Shown here in pieces: positions 1 to 7,698 of a DNA stretch of 24,000 nt (the first letter of the stretch is position 1; every line of letters begins with the position of its first letter). The notes beneath the pieces are model-generated. The model ran no database searches, was not told where the DNA came from, and saw only the letters and a list, made by a program, of their open reading frames with translations. The stretch is from Pontibacter oryzae (GTDB lineage: Bacteria > Bacteroidota > Bacteroidia > Cytophagales > Hymenobacteraceae). Made by a program: the position numbers and the translations under genes. The stretch is taken from NCBI RefSeq assembly GCF_003576375.1, contig NZ_QWGE01000006.1, forward strand, positions 67,704 to 91,703, read 5' to 3'.

Positions 1-19
1 AACCCTCTAACTCAAACCG

Positions 20-2098
20 TTGTTCTCATTCCGCCTCATAACTACTGCCTCTCCTTGGCTTATACTTGCCTGCCTAGCAGCTGGCGCGCTATACGCCTGG
101 TTATTGTACAGTAAGAAAACTCCCTGGCCCAAAGCCCTGAACTATGGACTGGCGGGCTTGCGCTTTATGGTGGTAAGTATACTTTGCTTTTTGCTGATGG
201 GGCCATTGGTGCGCTATGTCGCCAATACCACGGTGCCGCCTACCATTGTTTTTGCGCTGGATAACTCACAATCCGTTAAGCTGTTCTCCGACTCCACTGC
301 CTTGCAGGCTACGCAACAGGAACTGCAACTGGTGCGCGATCAACTTGAGGCCCAGGGCTACCAAACAGCGGTGCAAACCCTTGGCGGTAACCAAACGGAA
401 AGTATAAATACAATAACCTATACCTCTGAAACATCTAACCTGAGCCAGTTGCTGGAGCAGGTGCAGAATGGCTATTCGGATCAAAACCTGGCTGGCGTAG
501 TGCTGCTCTCGGATGGCATTGTTAACCAGGGCCTCTCCCCTACTTACAGCAATTTTGGCTTTACAATTTACCCCGTGGCCGTTGGCGATACCGTTCCGAA
601 GAAAGATATAATGATTGCCTCGCTGCGCTACAACAAGGTAAACTACAGCGGCAACCGCTTCCCGATGGAAGTGGAGGTGCAGCATGAGGGCTTTGGGGGG
701 AGAACCGTGAATGTCATACTTCAGGAAAACGGCAAAACCCTTGCCAGCAAACGCGTCCTGCTGAAAGAGGGCCAACCGGTGCAGCAGGTTCCGTTTCAGG
801 TGCTGGCAAGCGGCTTGGGCAAACGGCATTATGTGGTGCGCATAGAGCCCCTGCAAGGCGAGTTTACCACGCTCAACAATACCAAGCATGCCTACATCGA
901 TGTGGTGAAGGGCAAGATAAAAGTACTGCTTGCCGCCGCGGCTCCGCACCCCGACATCAAAGCCATCCGCACGGCCATAGAATCTAACGAGAACTACGAA
1001 ACCGCACTTTTTATACCGGGCGTGAACGAATTTCAGGTACAGGATTACGATGTGGCTGTGCTGCACCAGTTGCCAGGGCGCATGGCCGGCGCAGAGTCCG
1101 CCCTAAATCTAGTGCGCCAGAAAAACCTGCCCGCCCTTTACATACTTGGGCCGCAAAGCGACTTAGCAAACTTTAACCGCCTAAACATTGGCCTGAACGT
1201 CATTAGCAGCGGACAAACCGACGAGGTATCGGCGGTGCCTAACTCCAACTTTAGCAATTTCCATTTACCGGAACAAGCAGCGGAGCGCATGCAAGAGTAC
1301 CCGCCGGCCCGCGTGCCGTTCGGGGAGATCAGGTTGGCTGCCAACACCGAAACCATACTTTACCAGCAGGTTGGCCGCGTGCGCACCACCAAGCCTTTAC
1401 TAACCCTACAAACCTCCGGCGACAAGCGCAACGCCGTACTGCTTGCCTCCGGCACCTGGCAGTGGCGCCTGCACGAAGCTGCCAACCACGAGCAGCCGCA
1501 GGTATACAACCAGCTCATCACCAACCTGGTGCAGCTACTGAGTGCGCCGCGCAACAAAAAGCGCCTCAACGTGTACCCTAGCCAGACAGAATACACCACT
1601 TCAGACGAGATACGCTTTAACGCGGAAGCCTACAACGAAGCCCTGGAGCCCATCTATGGCCAGAACATTACGTTAACCATCACCGACGAAGACGAGCAGC
1701 CCAGAAACTTTACCTTTGCCAACGGCGAGAACCAGACTGGCGTGAACATAGGCACGCTGCCCGGCGGCCGCTACACTTACACGGCTACTGCCACCATTAC
1801 CGGCAAACAGCAAAAAGACCAGGGCGAGTTTGTGGTGGAAGAGCTGCAACTGGAGGCCCTGAACGCCGTGGCCGACCATAACCTGCTTTTCCAGTTGGCA
1901 AACAACTCAGGCGCCAGTTTATACTTCCCGGGTGAGATGCGGCAGTTAGAGCAGGACATCTTGCAGGCTGACCACAAAAGCATCATCTACAGTCAGGAAG
2001 AACAGAACGAGGTCATTGACCTGAAATGGCTGTTTTTCCTATTGCTTGGCCTGATAAGCATCGAGTGGTTTGTGCGGAAGTATAACGGCAGTTATTAG
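20..2098 (+). CDS. Large membrane protein with an N-terminal double-transmembrane (BatA-like) region, a vWA/aerotolerance-like body and a C-terminal TM anchor
   Basis: 692-aa uninterrupted ORF. Two hydrophobic helices lie near the N-terminus (PWLILACLAAGALYAWLL, FMVVSILCFLLMGPL), followed by IVFALDNSQS (vWA-like strand). The C-terminal helix is WLFFLLLGLISIEWF. Only a TTG start is available, because an in-frame TAA sits at 8-10. The function call is family-level only. Confidence 0.6.
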   Translation: MFSFRLITTASPWLILACLAAGALYAWLLYSKKTPWPKALNYGLAGLRFMVVSILCFLLMGPLVRYVANTTVPPTIVFALDNSQSVKLFSDSTALQATQQELQLVRDQLEAQGYQTAVQTLGGNQTESINTITYTSETSNLSQLLEQVQNGYSDQNLAGVVLLSDGIVNQGLSPTYSNFGFTIYPVAVGDTVPKKDIMIASLRYNKVNYSGNRFPMEVEVQHEGFGGRTVNVILQENGKTLASKRVLLKEGQPVQQVPFQVLASGLGKRHYVVRIEPLQGEFTTLNNTKHAYIDVVKGKIKVLLAAAAPHPDIKAIRTAIESNENYETALFIPGVNEFQVQDYDVAVLHQLPGRMAGAESALNLVRQKNLPALYILGPQSDLANFNRLNIGLNVISSGQTDEVSAVPNSNFSNFHLPEQAAERMQEYPPARVPFGEIRLAANTETILYQQVGRVRTTKPLLTLQTSGDKRNAVLLASGTWQWRLHEAANHEQPQVYNQLITNLVQLLSAPRNKKRLNVYPSQTEYTTSDEIRFNAEAYNEALEPIYGQNITLTITDEDEQPRNFTFANGENQTGVNIGTLPGGRYTYTATATITGKQQKDQGEFVVEELQLEALNAVADHNLLFQLANNSGASLYFPGEMRQLEQDILQADHKSIIYSQEEQNEVIDLKWLFFLLLGLISIEWFVRKYNGSY

Positions 2099-2109
2099 GC
2101 CATGGGCGC

Positions 2110-2147
2110 GGCAAAGTATAAGATCATGCGCAGCGCCATACTTTGCC
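2110..2147. terminator. Hairpin just downstream of the 20-2098 CDS, built from an inverted pair of the AAGTAT motif
   Basis: GGCAAAGTAT (2110-2119) is perfectly complementary to ATACTTTGCC (2138-2147), with an 18-nt loop. There is no T-run, so terminator function is only suggested by its position 12 nt after the stop. Confidence 0.35.
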
Positions 2148-2403
2148 GGCCTGTAGTATAATTACGCACCGCTAATGCCCGAAGCGCAGGAAAGTATCCG
2201 TACCTTTGGCATTTAGAATGCTGGCTTTATTTAGTGTTAAGCTTTTTTTGCGGAGTGATGTTTCTCAACATAAATAAGTATTAACTCGCATATTTTAAGG
2301 TGATGCCGTAGCAGCTAAAGTATAAAGCTGACTTATTACCTATCAGAAACCGTAAACCAAAGCCCAGCAAGTATAATTCATCATCCCTTTTACCATCCAG
2401 ACA

Positions 2404-3078
2404 TTGAAATACATCATCATCAATAAACCGTTTGAAGTACTTACCCAGTTTACCGACGAGGCTGGCCGCGCCACGCTGAAAGACTATGTGCCTGTACCGG
2501 ACATTTACCCGGTTGGCCGCCTCGACTACGACAGCGAAGGCCTGGTGCTGCTAACCGATGACAAGCAGCTACAGCACCGCCTCTCCGATCCGAAGTTTAA
2601 AATAGAGAAAACGTATTTGGTACAGGTTGATGATGTTCCATCAGATGAGGCTTTGACACGTTTGCGCCTGGGCGTACAGGTGAAAGGCACTAAAACGGCT
2701 CCGGCTAAGGTAAAACTATTGGAGCAGGCGCCGCAAATATGGGAACGCTCCAAGCCAATCCGTTTCCGGAAAGAAATACCGACATCCTGGATGGAGATAA
2801 AAATATCGCAGGGCATGAACCGCCAGGTACGCCGCATGACGGCCGCCGTGGGGTACCCTACGCTTCGCCTCATCAGGCCAAGCATAGGCCCAATAAACTT
2901 AGGCGAGCTGCAACCCGGAGAGTACCGTGAACTAAGCACAGAAGAAGTGCAGGAATTAAAATCCTTAATCAGTAAAGCTCCTAAAACGAGCAGCGCTACC
3001 AGAAACAGCGGGTTTAAAGGCGCAAGCACAAACAAAAGAAGCGGCGGCAAAGGCGGTTTCCGGAAGCAGATAAACTAG
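2404..3078 (+). CDS. rluE: 23S rRNA pseudouridine synthase, RsuA/RluE family
   Basis: Collinear with E. coli RluE in my recollection: NKPFEVLTQFTDEAGRATLKDY, catalytic GRLDYDSEGLVLLT, and IPTSWMEIKISQGMNRQVRRMTAAVGYPTLRLIR. It uses a TTG start and has a basic Lys/Gly-rich C-terminal tail. Confidence 0.8.
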   Translation: MKYIIINKPFEVLTQFTDEAGRATLKDYVPVPDIYPVGRLDYDSEGLVLLTDDKQLQHRLSDPKFKIEKTYLVQVDDVPSDEALTRLRLGVQVKGTKTAPAKVKLLEQAPQIWERSKPIRFRKEIPTSWMEIKISQGMNRQVRRMTAAVGYPTLRLIRPSIGPINLGELQPGEYRELSTEEVQELKSLISKAPKTSSATRNSGFKGASTNKRSGGKGGFRKQIN

Positions 3079-3084
3079 CCTGAT

Positions 3085-3627
3085 CTATGAGTTACCGGTA
3101 AGTCCTTTTAAAAGCTCCAAACCTTCGTCCCAGCGGCCATAGCCTGATGTGGCGTTTATGTGCCCAGCCATCCCGATGTTCACATAGCGGCTCCCCCAGG
3201 CCTCGGCCAACTGTTGCGCGCGCTTCGCGGATAGGTAAGGGTCGTTCATGCTGCTAACCACAACACTCCGGAAAGGCAGCGGCTCCATCGGAATCGGGGC
3301 AAAGCCCTGCACGGCATCCGTCAGGGATGGGTATTCGGTATCGGCGGGGGCAACCAGCAGGGCACCCTTCAGGCGGAGCTTAAACTTTTGCGCCCAAAAC
3401 ACAACCGCCATGCAGCCCAAGCTGTGCGCCACTAGCACCACCTGCTCTAACTGATGCTTCCGGATAGTTTTATCCAAGTTCTCCACCCAGTCTTCTAAAG
3501 CCGGGGCCTCCCAGTTCTTTTGCTGCACGCGCTCAAAAGTAGCAAACTGTTTTTGCCATAGCGTTTGCCAATGCTGCTCGCCCGAATCGCCGAGGCCAGG
3601 TACAAGTATAACTGTGCTACGTTGCAT
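3085..3627 (-). CDS. Alpha/beta serine hydrolase, YdeN/RBBP9-like
   Basis: 180 aa. It has an N-terminal ILVPGLGDS motif, the nucleophile elbow LVAHSLGC, and a C-terminal GHIN histidine. Size and motif order match the small YdeN-type esterases. Confidence 0.7.
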   Translation of the reverse strand: MQRSTVILVPGLGDSGEQHWQTLWQKQFATFERVQQKNWEAPALEDWVENLDKTIRKHQLEQVVLVAHSLGCMAVVFWAQKFKLRLKGALLVAPADTEYPSLTDAVQGFAPIPMEPLPFRSVVVSSMNDPYLSAKRAQQLAEAWGSRYVNIGMAGHINATSGYGRWDEGLELLKGLTGNS

Positions 3628-3731
3628 AAGTATGGTTTATGGTTTATAGGCGACATTCTTTTACGTGGAACTCGTGCGGAGCACTAAAAGCACGGGCAAG
3701 TTTAACAACTCTTAAAGTATAAATCTCAGCC

Positions 3732-4325
3732 TTAAAAGTTAATACCTGCAGCTACTGAAAACGCCCGGCCCTTCCCTTCGGACCTGCCATCGTTCAGCAG
3801 CGAGGTGATGTAATGATGATAAAGCAGGTCAAGGTGCAGCACCCATACTTCGAAAGCAAGGCCACCGTTTAGCGCAAACTGCGAATTATGGATGTCCTTC
3901 CGTTCAATGTCGATGTTATTGTCTGCCACCGAGAGTGCAAACGAATAAGACGGCCCCGCCATAAACCGAACCCGCGAGATAATCGGGCCATCGTAGCCGG
4001 TTTGGTAGCCCAGGTATACAGGCACGCGCAGGTAACGCACCAGCAAGGCGTCGCGCTCGTTGGGTGTGGTTTGGTTCCTGGTGATCAGGTGGGTTTTATG
4101 GTTCACAAAGTTAAGCTCGGGCTGCACAAAAAAGGTTTCCCCAATTCGCCCGTACACGCTGTATTCCGAGCTAAGGCCGGTGTCGTCGTCCATGACCAGG
4201 TCATCGCTGCTAAGTTGGTAGAAATTGATGCCTACTTTGGCTCCAATCCTCAGATGGGGTTCATCCTGCCCAAAAACAGGGACTGCAAAGGCTAGCAGGA
4301 AACAGGCAAGTATAAGGTGCTTCAT
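3732..4325 (-). CDS. Outer-membrane beta-barrel (porin-family/PorT-like) protein
   Basis: Signal peptide MKHLILACFLLAFAVPVFGQ, alternating amphipathic beta-strand pattern, and a terminal aromatic residue (AAGINF). Confidence 0.7.
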   Translation of the reverse strand: MKHLILACFLLAFAVPVFGQDEPHLRIGAKVGINFYQLSSDDLVMDDDTGLSSEYSVYGRIGETFFVQPELNFVNHKTHLITRNQTTPNERDALLVRYLRVPVYLGYQTGYDGPIISRVRFMAGPSYSFALSVADNNIDIERKDIHNSQFALNGGLAFEVWVLHLDLLYHHYITSLLNDGRSEGKGRAFSVAAGINF

Positions 4326-4487
4326 ATAAGTATGATTTTTTTAAGTGATTGAAAGTACAGGACTACCGACTCCATACTTTAGCTTTAACTACAACCACCT
4401 GGCTTAAGTTTGCCTGTACAAGGCTTAAAATCGTTGGAAGTATGTTTGGGAGCCACTATCTTGCCTTTACACTTACTATCACTGCCT

Positions 4488-5045
4488 ATGAAACTTACTT
4501 ATTCCTCGCTCCAGTTACGCATAAGCCCGGATCTTTACCTGCAAAAGGCCTCCTTACCCGATGCTCCTGCCCTTTTCCAGATCATTAACCGCGATCGTGA
4601 GTACCTGCGCCAATGGCTTCCCTTCGTGGATTTTAGCGTATCTATAGCCGACACTTCTAATTACCTTAAATTTGTAACGGCACCTGGCAACACCAGCGAC
4701 ATGGTTTTTGTGATTGTGTACAACCACGAAGTATGCGGTCTGATCGGGTTTAAAGGGATAGATAGGCTCAACAAGAAAATCGAGATTGGCTATTGGTTGG
4801 CCGAGGACAAACAGGGGCTTGGCATCATGCGTCGGTCTTGTCACAGGTTGCTAAAGTATGGGTTTGAAAAACTGCACATGAATCGCGCAGAAATCAAAGT
4901 AGGTGTAGGCAACATCCGCAGCAGCAACATCCCCAAAAAACTAGGGTTTACACGAGAGGGCGTGCAGCGGCAAGGCGAGTACCTGAACGGCAGGTTTCAC
5001 GATTTAGAAGTATACAGCTTGCTTCGCGTTGAGTTTAAAGGCTAA
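4488..5045 (+). CDS. GNAT family N-acetyltransferase (RimJ/RimL-like)
   Basis: The ORF is open from 4410, but the ATG at 4488 (MKLTYSSLQLR...) gives the usual RimJ-like N-terminus. The acetyl-CoA-binding region is YWLAEDKQGLGIMRRS and a conserved NIRSSNIPKKLGF motif is present. Confidence 0.75.
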   Translation: MKLTYSSLQLRISPDLYLQKASLPDAPALFQIINRDREYLRQWLPFVDFSVSIADTSNYLKFVTAPGNTSDMVFVIVYNHEVCGLIGFKGIDRLNKKIEIGYWLAEDKQGLGIMRRSCHRLLKYGFEKLHMNRAEIKVGVGNIRSSNIPKKLGFTREGVQRQGEYLNGRFHDLEVYSLLRVEFKG

Positions 5046-5115
5046 GGTATATTTTGCAACGCTTATGCTACTTAATCAGTACTTTTATCTTATTATTTAA
5101 AACGACACTGAAACT

Positions 5116-5742
5116 ATGAGTAACGCAGCCTTCATTCAGATTCACCCCGAGACCCCGCAGGAGCGAAAAATACGGGAGGTGGCAGACATTCTGCGCAATG
5201 GCGGAGTGATTATTTATCCTACAGACACTATCTATGGGCTCGGCTGCGACATTCATAATGCCCGCGCCATTGAGCGTGTGTGCCAGATAAAAGGTGTGAA
5301 GCCAGAAAAAGTAAACTTGTCCTTTATCTGCTCTGACCTGACGCACATCTCTGACTATGCCAAGATAGACACGCCCACGTATAAAGTGATGAAAAAGGCG
5401 CTTCCGGGGCCGTTTACGTTTATTTTGGATGCCACCAGCAATGTCCCCAAGTATGCCAGCGCCAAGAAAAAGACGGTTGGTATACGAGTGCCCGATAATA
5501 AGATTGCGCTGGAACTGGTGAAAGAGCTTGGCAACCCCATCCTATCCACCTCTATCCGTGACGAAGATGAGGTGATAGAATATAGCACCGACCCTGAGTT
5601 GATCTACGAAAAGTATAGAAATCTTGTAGATGCCGTGATAGACGGAGGCTACGGCAATAATATCGCCTCCACGGTAGTAGACGCCTCCAACAACTTCGAA
5701 GTCCTCCGCGAAGGCGCCGGAGACATTGAGGAGTTTTTGTAG
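5116..5742 (+). CDS. tsaC: L-threonylcarbamoyladenylate synthase (YrdC/TsaC type, no Sua5 C-domain)
   Basis: 208 aa with IYPTDTIYGLGCD, KKKTVGIRVPD and GNPILSTSIRDEDE, the hallmarks of the YrdC domain. Confidence 0.85.
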   Translation: MSNAAFIQIHPETPQERKIREVADILRNGGVIIYPTDTIYGLGCDIHNARAIERVCQIKGVKPEKVNLSFICSDLTHISDYAKIDTPTYKVMKKALPGPFTFILDATSNVPKYASAKKKTVGIRVPDNKIALELVKELGNPILSTSIRDEDEVIEYSTDPELIYEKYRNLVDAVIDGGYGNNIASTVVDASNNFEVLREGAGDIEEFL

Positions 5743-5908
5743 TTAGAAAGTTGGGAAGTTAGAAGGTTAGAAAGTTTGGGAGGTAGAGAGTTTTGATTGT
5801 AGCTTGAGCTTATTTTCATTTATACTTCACAAGTATACCCAGCCCTTCTGAATCCCTGAGTACGTCACCTCTCCCTTTCTAACTTTCTAACTTCCTAACT
5901 TTCTAACT
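5742..5908. repeat. Composite inverted repeat: two opposed arrays of the 8-mer GTTAGAAA flanking a ~75-bp spacer
   Basis: The left arm (5742-5790) reads GTTAGAAA GTTGGGAA GTTAGAAG GTTAGAAA GTTTGGGAGGTAGAGAG. The right arm (5866-5908), reverse-complemented, reads GTTAGAAA GTTAGGAA GTTAGAAA GTTAGAAA GGGAGAGGTG. The spacer contains TATACTT-CAC-AAGTATA (5821-5837). The arms abut or overlap the stops of both convergent genes. Confidence 0.8.
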
Positions 5909-6803
5909 CCGCGGCCTCCGGCCGCGTATGTTTCCAGCGTTTGTGGGTCCAGAGATAGTCGGCGGGGTGGCGGCGGATGGCAGCTTCCAGCTTTCTGGCA
6001 AAGGTTTCTGTTATTGATGCTTCCGTGCTGGCATCTGGCTTTCCGTTAGAGATAAGTTCGAACGTTAGGGTATAGTGGCCGCGGCTTGTGCGGTGCGTAT
6101 CCAGGAAGAGCACAGGATAGCCAAACTTGTTAGCCAGCTTTTCAGCACCTTCATAAAAAGGCGTATCCTGGTGCAGGAAAGTGGTCCAAAATGTGATTTC
6201 GCTTTTTAAAGGCGTTTGATCCGAGAGCATAGCTACCACGCGCGGCATGTTGCGGTTAGCGGCAAAATCGCGCAGCGTGTCTTTCATCTTGATCAGCTTT
6301 GCCCCCAACTTGCTGCGTGTGCGCAACATAAAGGTTTCAAAGAAAGCGTTGTTCAGGGGTTTGTAAACGCCATAAGCCGGAAAGCCAAACTGTACTGCCC
6401 CCGCAGATAGCACCCATTCCCAGTTAGCGGCATGGGAGCCCATGGTAATTACTGTTTTGCCTTGTTTTACAAAATCGTCAAGCAGATCTTGGTTCGTAAA
6501 CACAATGCGCCGCTCCATCTCCGCAGCATCCATCGACAGCAGCTTAAGCGTTTCCACGATCACATCGGCAAACTGCCTGTAAAAACCCTTGGCGATCTGA
6601 TGTATTTCCTCCAGGCTCTTTTCGGGGAAGGCACGCTGCAGGTTGCTTAGCACAACCTCCTTGCGGTACCCAACCACATAGTATACTACAAAGTATAAAA
6701 AGTCGGCCAGCAGGTAAAGCACAGAGAGCGGCAACAGCGACAAGCCCTTCAGCAGCAGCCAGAGCGGATAATAAAGTGGCGGTATAGATGTCTTTTTATT
6801 CAT
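5895..6803 (-). CDS. Lipid A biosynthesis (Kdo2-lipid IVA) lauroyl/late acyltransferase family protein, LpxL/HtrB-like
   Basis: After an N-terminal TM helix (PLSVLYLLADFLYFVVYYVVGYR) come a HAANWEW-type motif (GSHAANWEW) and the family-typical C-terminus HPADYLWTHKRWKH. The ATG at 6803 (MNKKTSIPP...) is preferred over the ORF-track start at 6887. Confidence 0.8.
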   Translation of the reverse strand: MNKKTSIPPLYYPLWLLLKGLSLLPLSVLYLLADFLYFVVYYVVGYRKEVVLSNLQRAFPEKSLEEIHQIAKGFYRQFADVIVETLKLLSMDAAEMERRIVFTNQDLLDDFVKQGKTVITMGSHAANWEWVLSAGAVQFGFPAYGVYKPLNNAFFETFMLRTRSKLGAKLIKMKDTLRDFAANRNMPRVVAMLSDQTPLKSEITFWTTFLHQDTPFYEGAEKLANKFGYPVLFLDTHRTSRGHYTLTFELISNGKPDASTEASITETFARKLEAAIRRHPADYLWTHKRWKHTRPEAAELES

Positions 6804-6966
6804 AGGCCAAAGCGCGACCACAAAGGTACAACCCTCCTCCGGATTATGAAATTCCAAAACTTCTGCTACTTTAGCGGGTAGCCACAAGATGTGGTTTAGT
6901 TCGCCATATCATCTAACCCGGAACGCCAAACCAGATACTTTTAACTTTAAAAACTTAACTACACCT

Positions 6967-7572
6967 GTGCTTCTGCTTACCGAAATAATGTATAACCCGC
7001 CTGTGTCATACTTCTGGCATGCCCTGCAAGCTGAGCGCCTGCAGCTAGAGGCACACGAAAATTATATTAAACAAAGTTACCGCAACCGCTGCCATGTGCT
7101 TACCGCCCAAGGTGTGCAGCCGCTCAGCGTACCGGTTGTTAAGGGCAACAGCCAGGTTAAAACACTCATCACCCAGATCGAAATTGACTATAGCCAGAAG
7201 TGGCAGCAAGTGCACTGGCGAACCATACAGGCTGCCTATGGGCGGGCACCATACTTCGAGTTTTACAGCGACTACCTGAAGGCTGTCTATGACCAGCAGC
7301 ACAAATTTTTATTTGAGCTAAACGTTGATCTTTTGAAGCTTTATCTTAAATTACTAAAACTAAACAGAAACGTAGATTTTACGGCGTTTTATCAGGTTGA
7401 GGCCCCAAGTAGCGTGCACGATATGAGAAATAGGATACATCCAAAAATCTATCCTGACAATTTGCACGTAAAACCCTATATGCAAGTATTTGGCAAACAA
7501 TTTGTACCAGAGCTTAGTATAATTGACTTGTTGTTCACGCAGGGGCCAGCATCACTTTCATACCTTCAGTAA
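6967..7572 (+). CDS. WbqC family protein
   Basis: PPVSYFWHALQAERLQLEAHENYIKQSYRNRCHVLTAQGVQPLSVPV is the canonical WbqC-like N-terminal signature. The start is uncertain. The ORF is open from ATG 6889, but GTG 6967 (V/M-LLLTEIMYNPPVSYF) gives the family-typical short N-terminus, and ATG 6991 is also possible. Confidence 0.7.
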   Translation: MLLLTEIMYNPPVSYFWHALQAERLQLEAHENYIKQSYRNRCHVLTAQGVQPLSVPVVKGNSQVKTLITQIEIDYSQKWQQVHWRTIQAAYGRAPYFEFYSDYLKAVYDQQHKFLFELNVDLLKLYLKLLKLNRNVDFTAFYQVEAPSSVHDMRNRIHPKIYPDNLHVKPYMQVFGKQFVPELSIIDLLFTQGPASLSYLQ

Positions 7573-7698
7573 CGGCGCTAATTCAGCTAAACAATTGTAC
7601 TGGCCAGCTTGTTCTTTTAAGAGTGCTTACTGGTTTAGCCTCAATCAATTATAATTTTTATATTTTTTTAAGAATACACGGAGTATAGTATAAATTAA

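Noticed and set aside
266-1986. Antisense ORFs inside the 692-aa gene: 266-1066 (266 aa), plus 1138-1356, 1360-1599, 1673-1879 and 1777-1986
   Set aside because: They lie entirely within, and opposite to, a long ORF with coherent membrane and vWA-like features. Their products are Arg/His/Leu/Gly-rich with no recognisable motifs, which is typical of shadow ORFs in GC-richer coding DNA.
4410-4487. N-terminal extensions in the ORF track: GNAT from 4410, acyltransferase to 6887, AI-2E to 11577, GT2 from 18951
   Set aside because: In each case the extension adds non-homologous residues, overlaps the neighbouring gene or the divergent promoter region, or starts at TTG while a nearby ATG gives the family-typical N-terminus. 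Internal starts were chosen instead.
5742-5908. Target-site duplication flanking the GTTAGAAA inverted-repeat element
   Set aside because: The flanks (TTGTA on the left, CCGCG on the right) show no direct repeat, so I do not call it a MITE outright. It is reported only as a composite inverted repeat.
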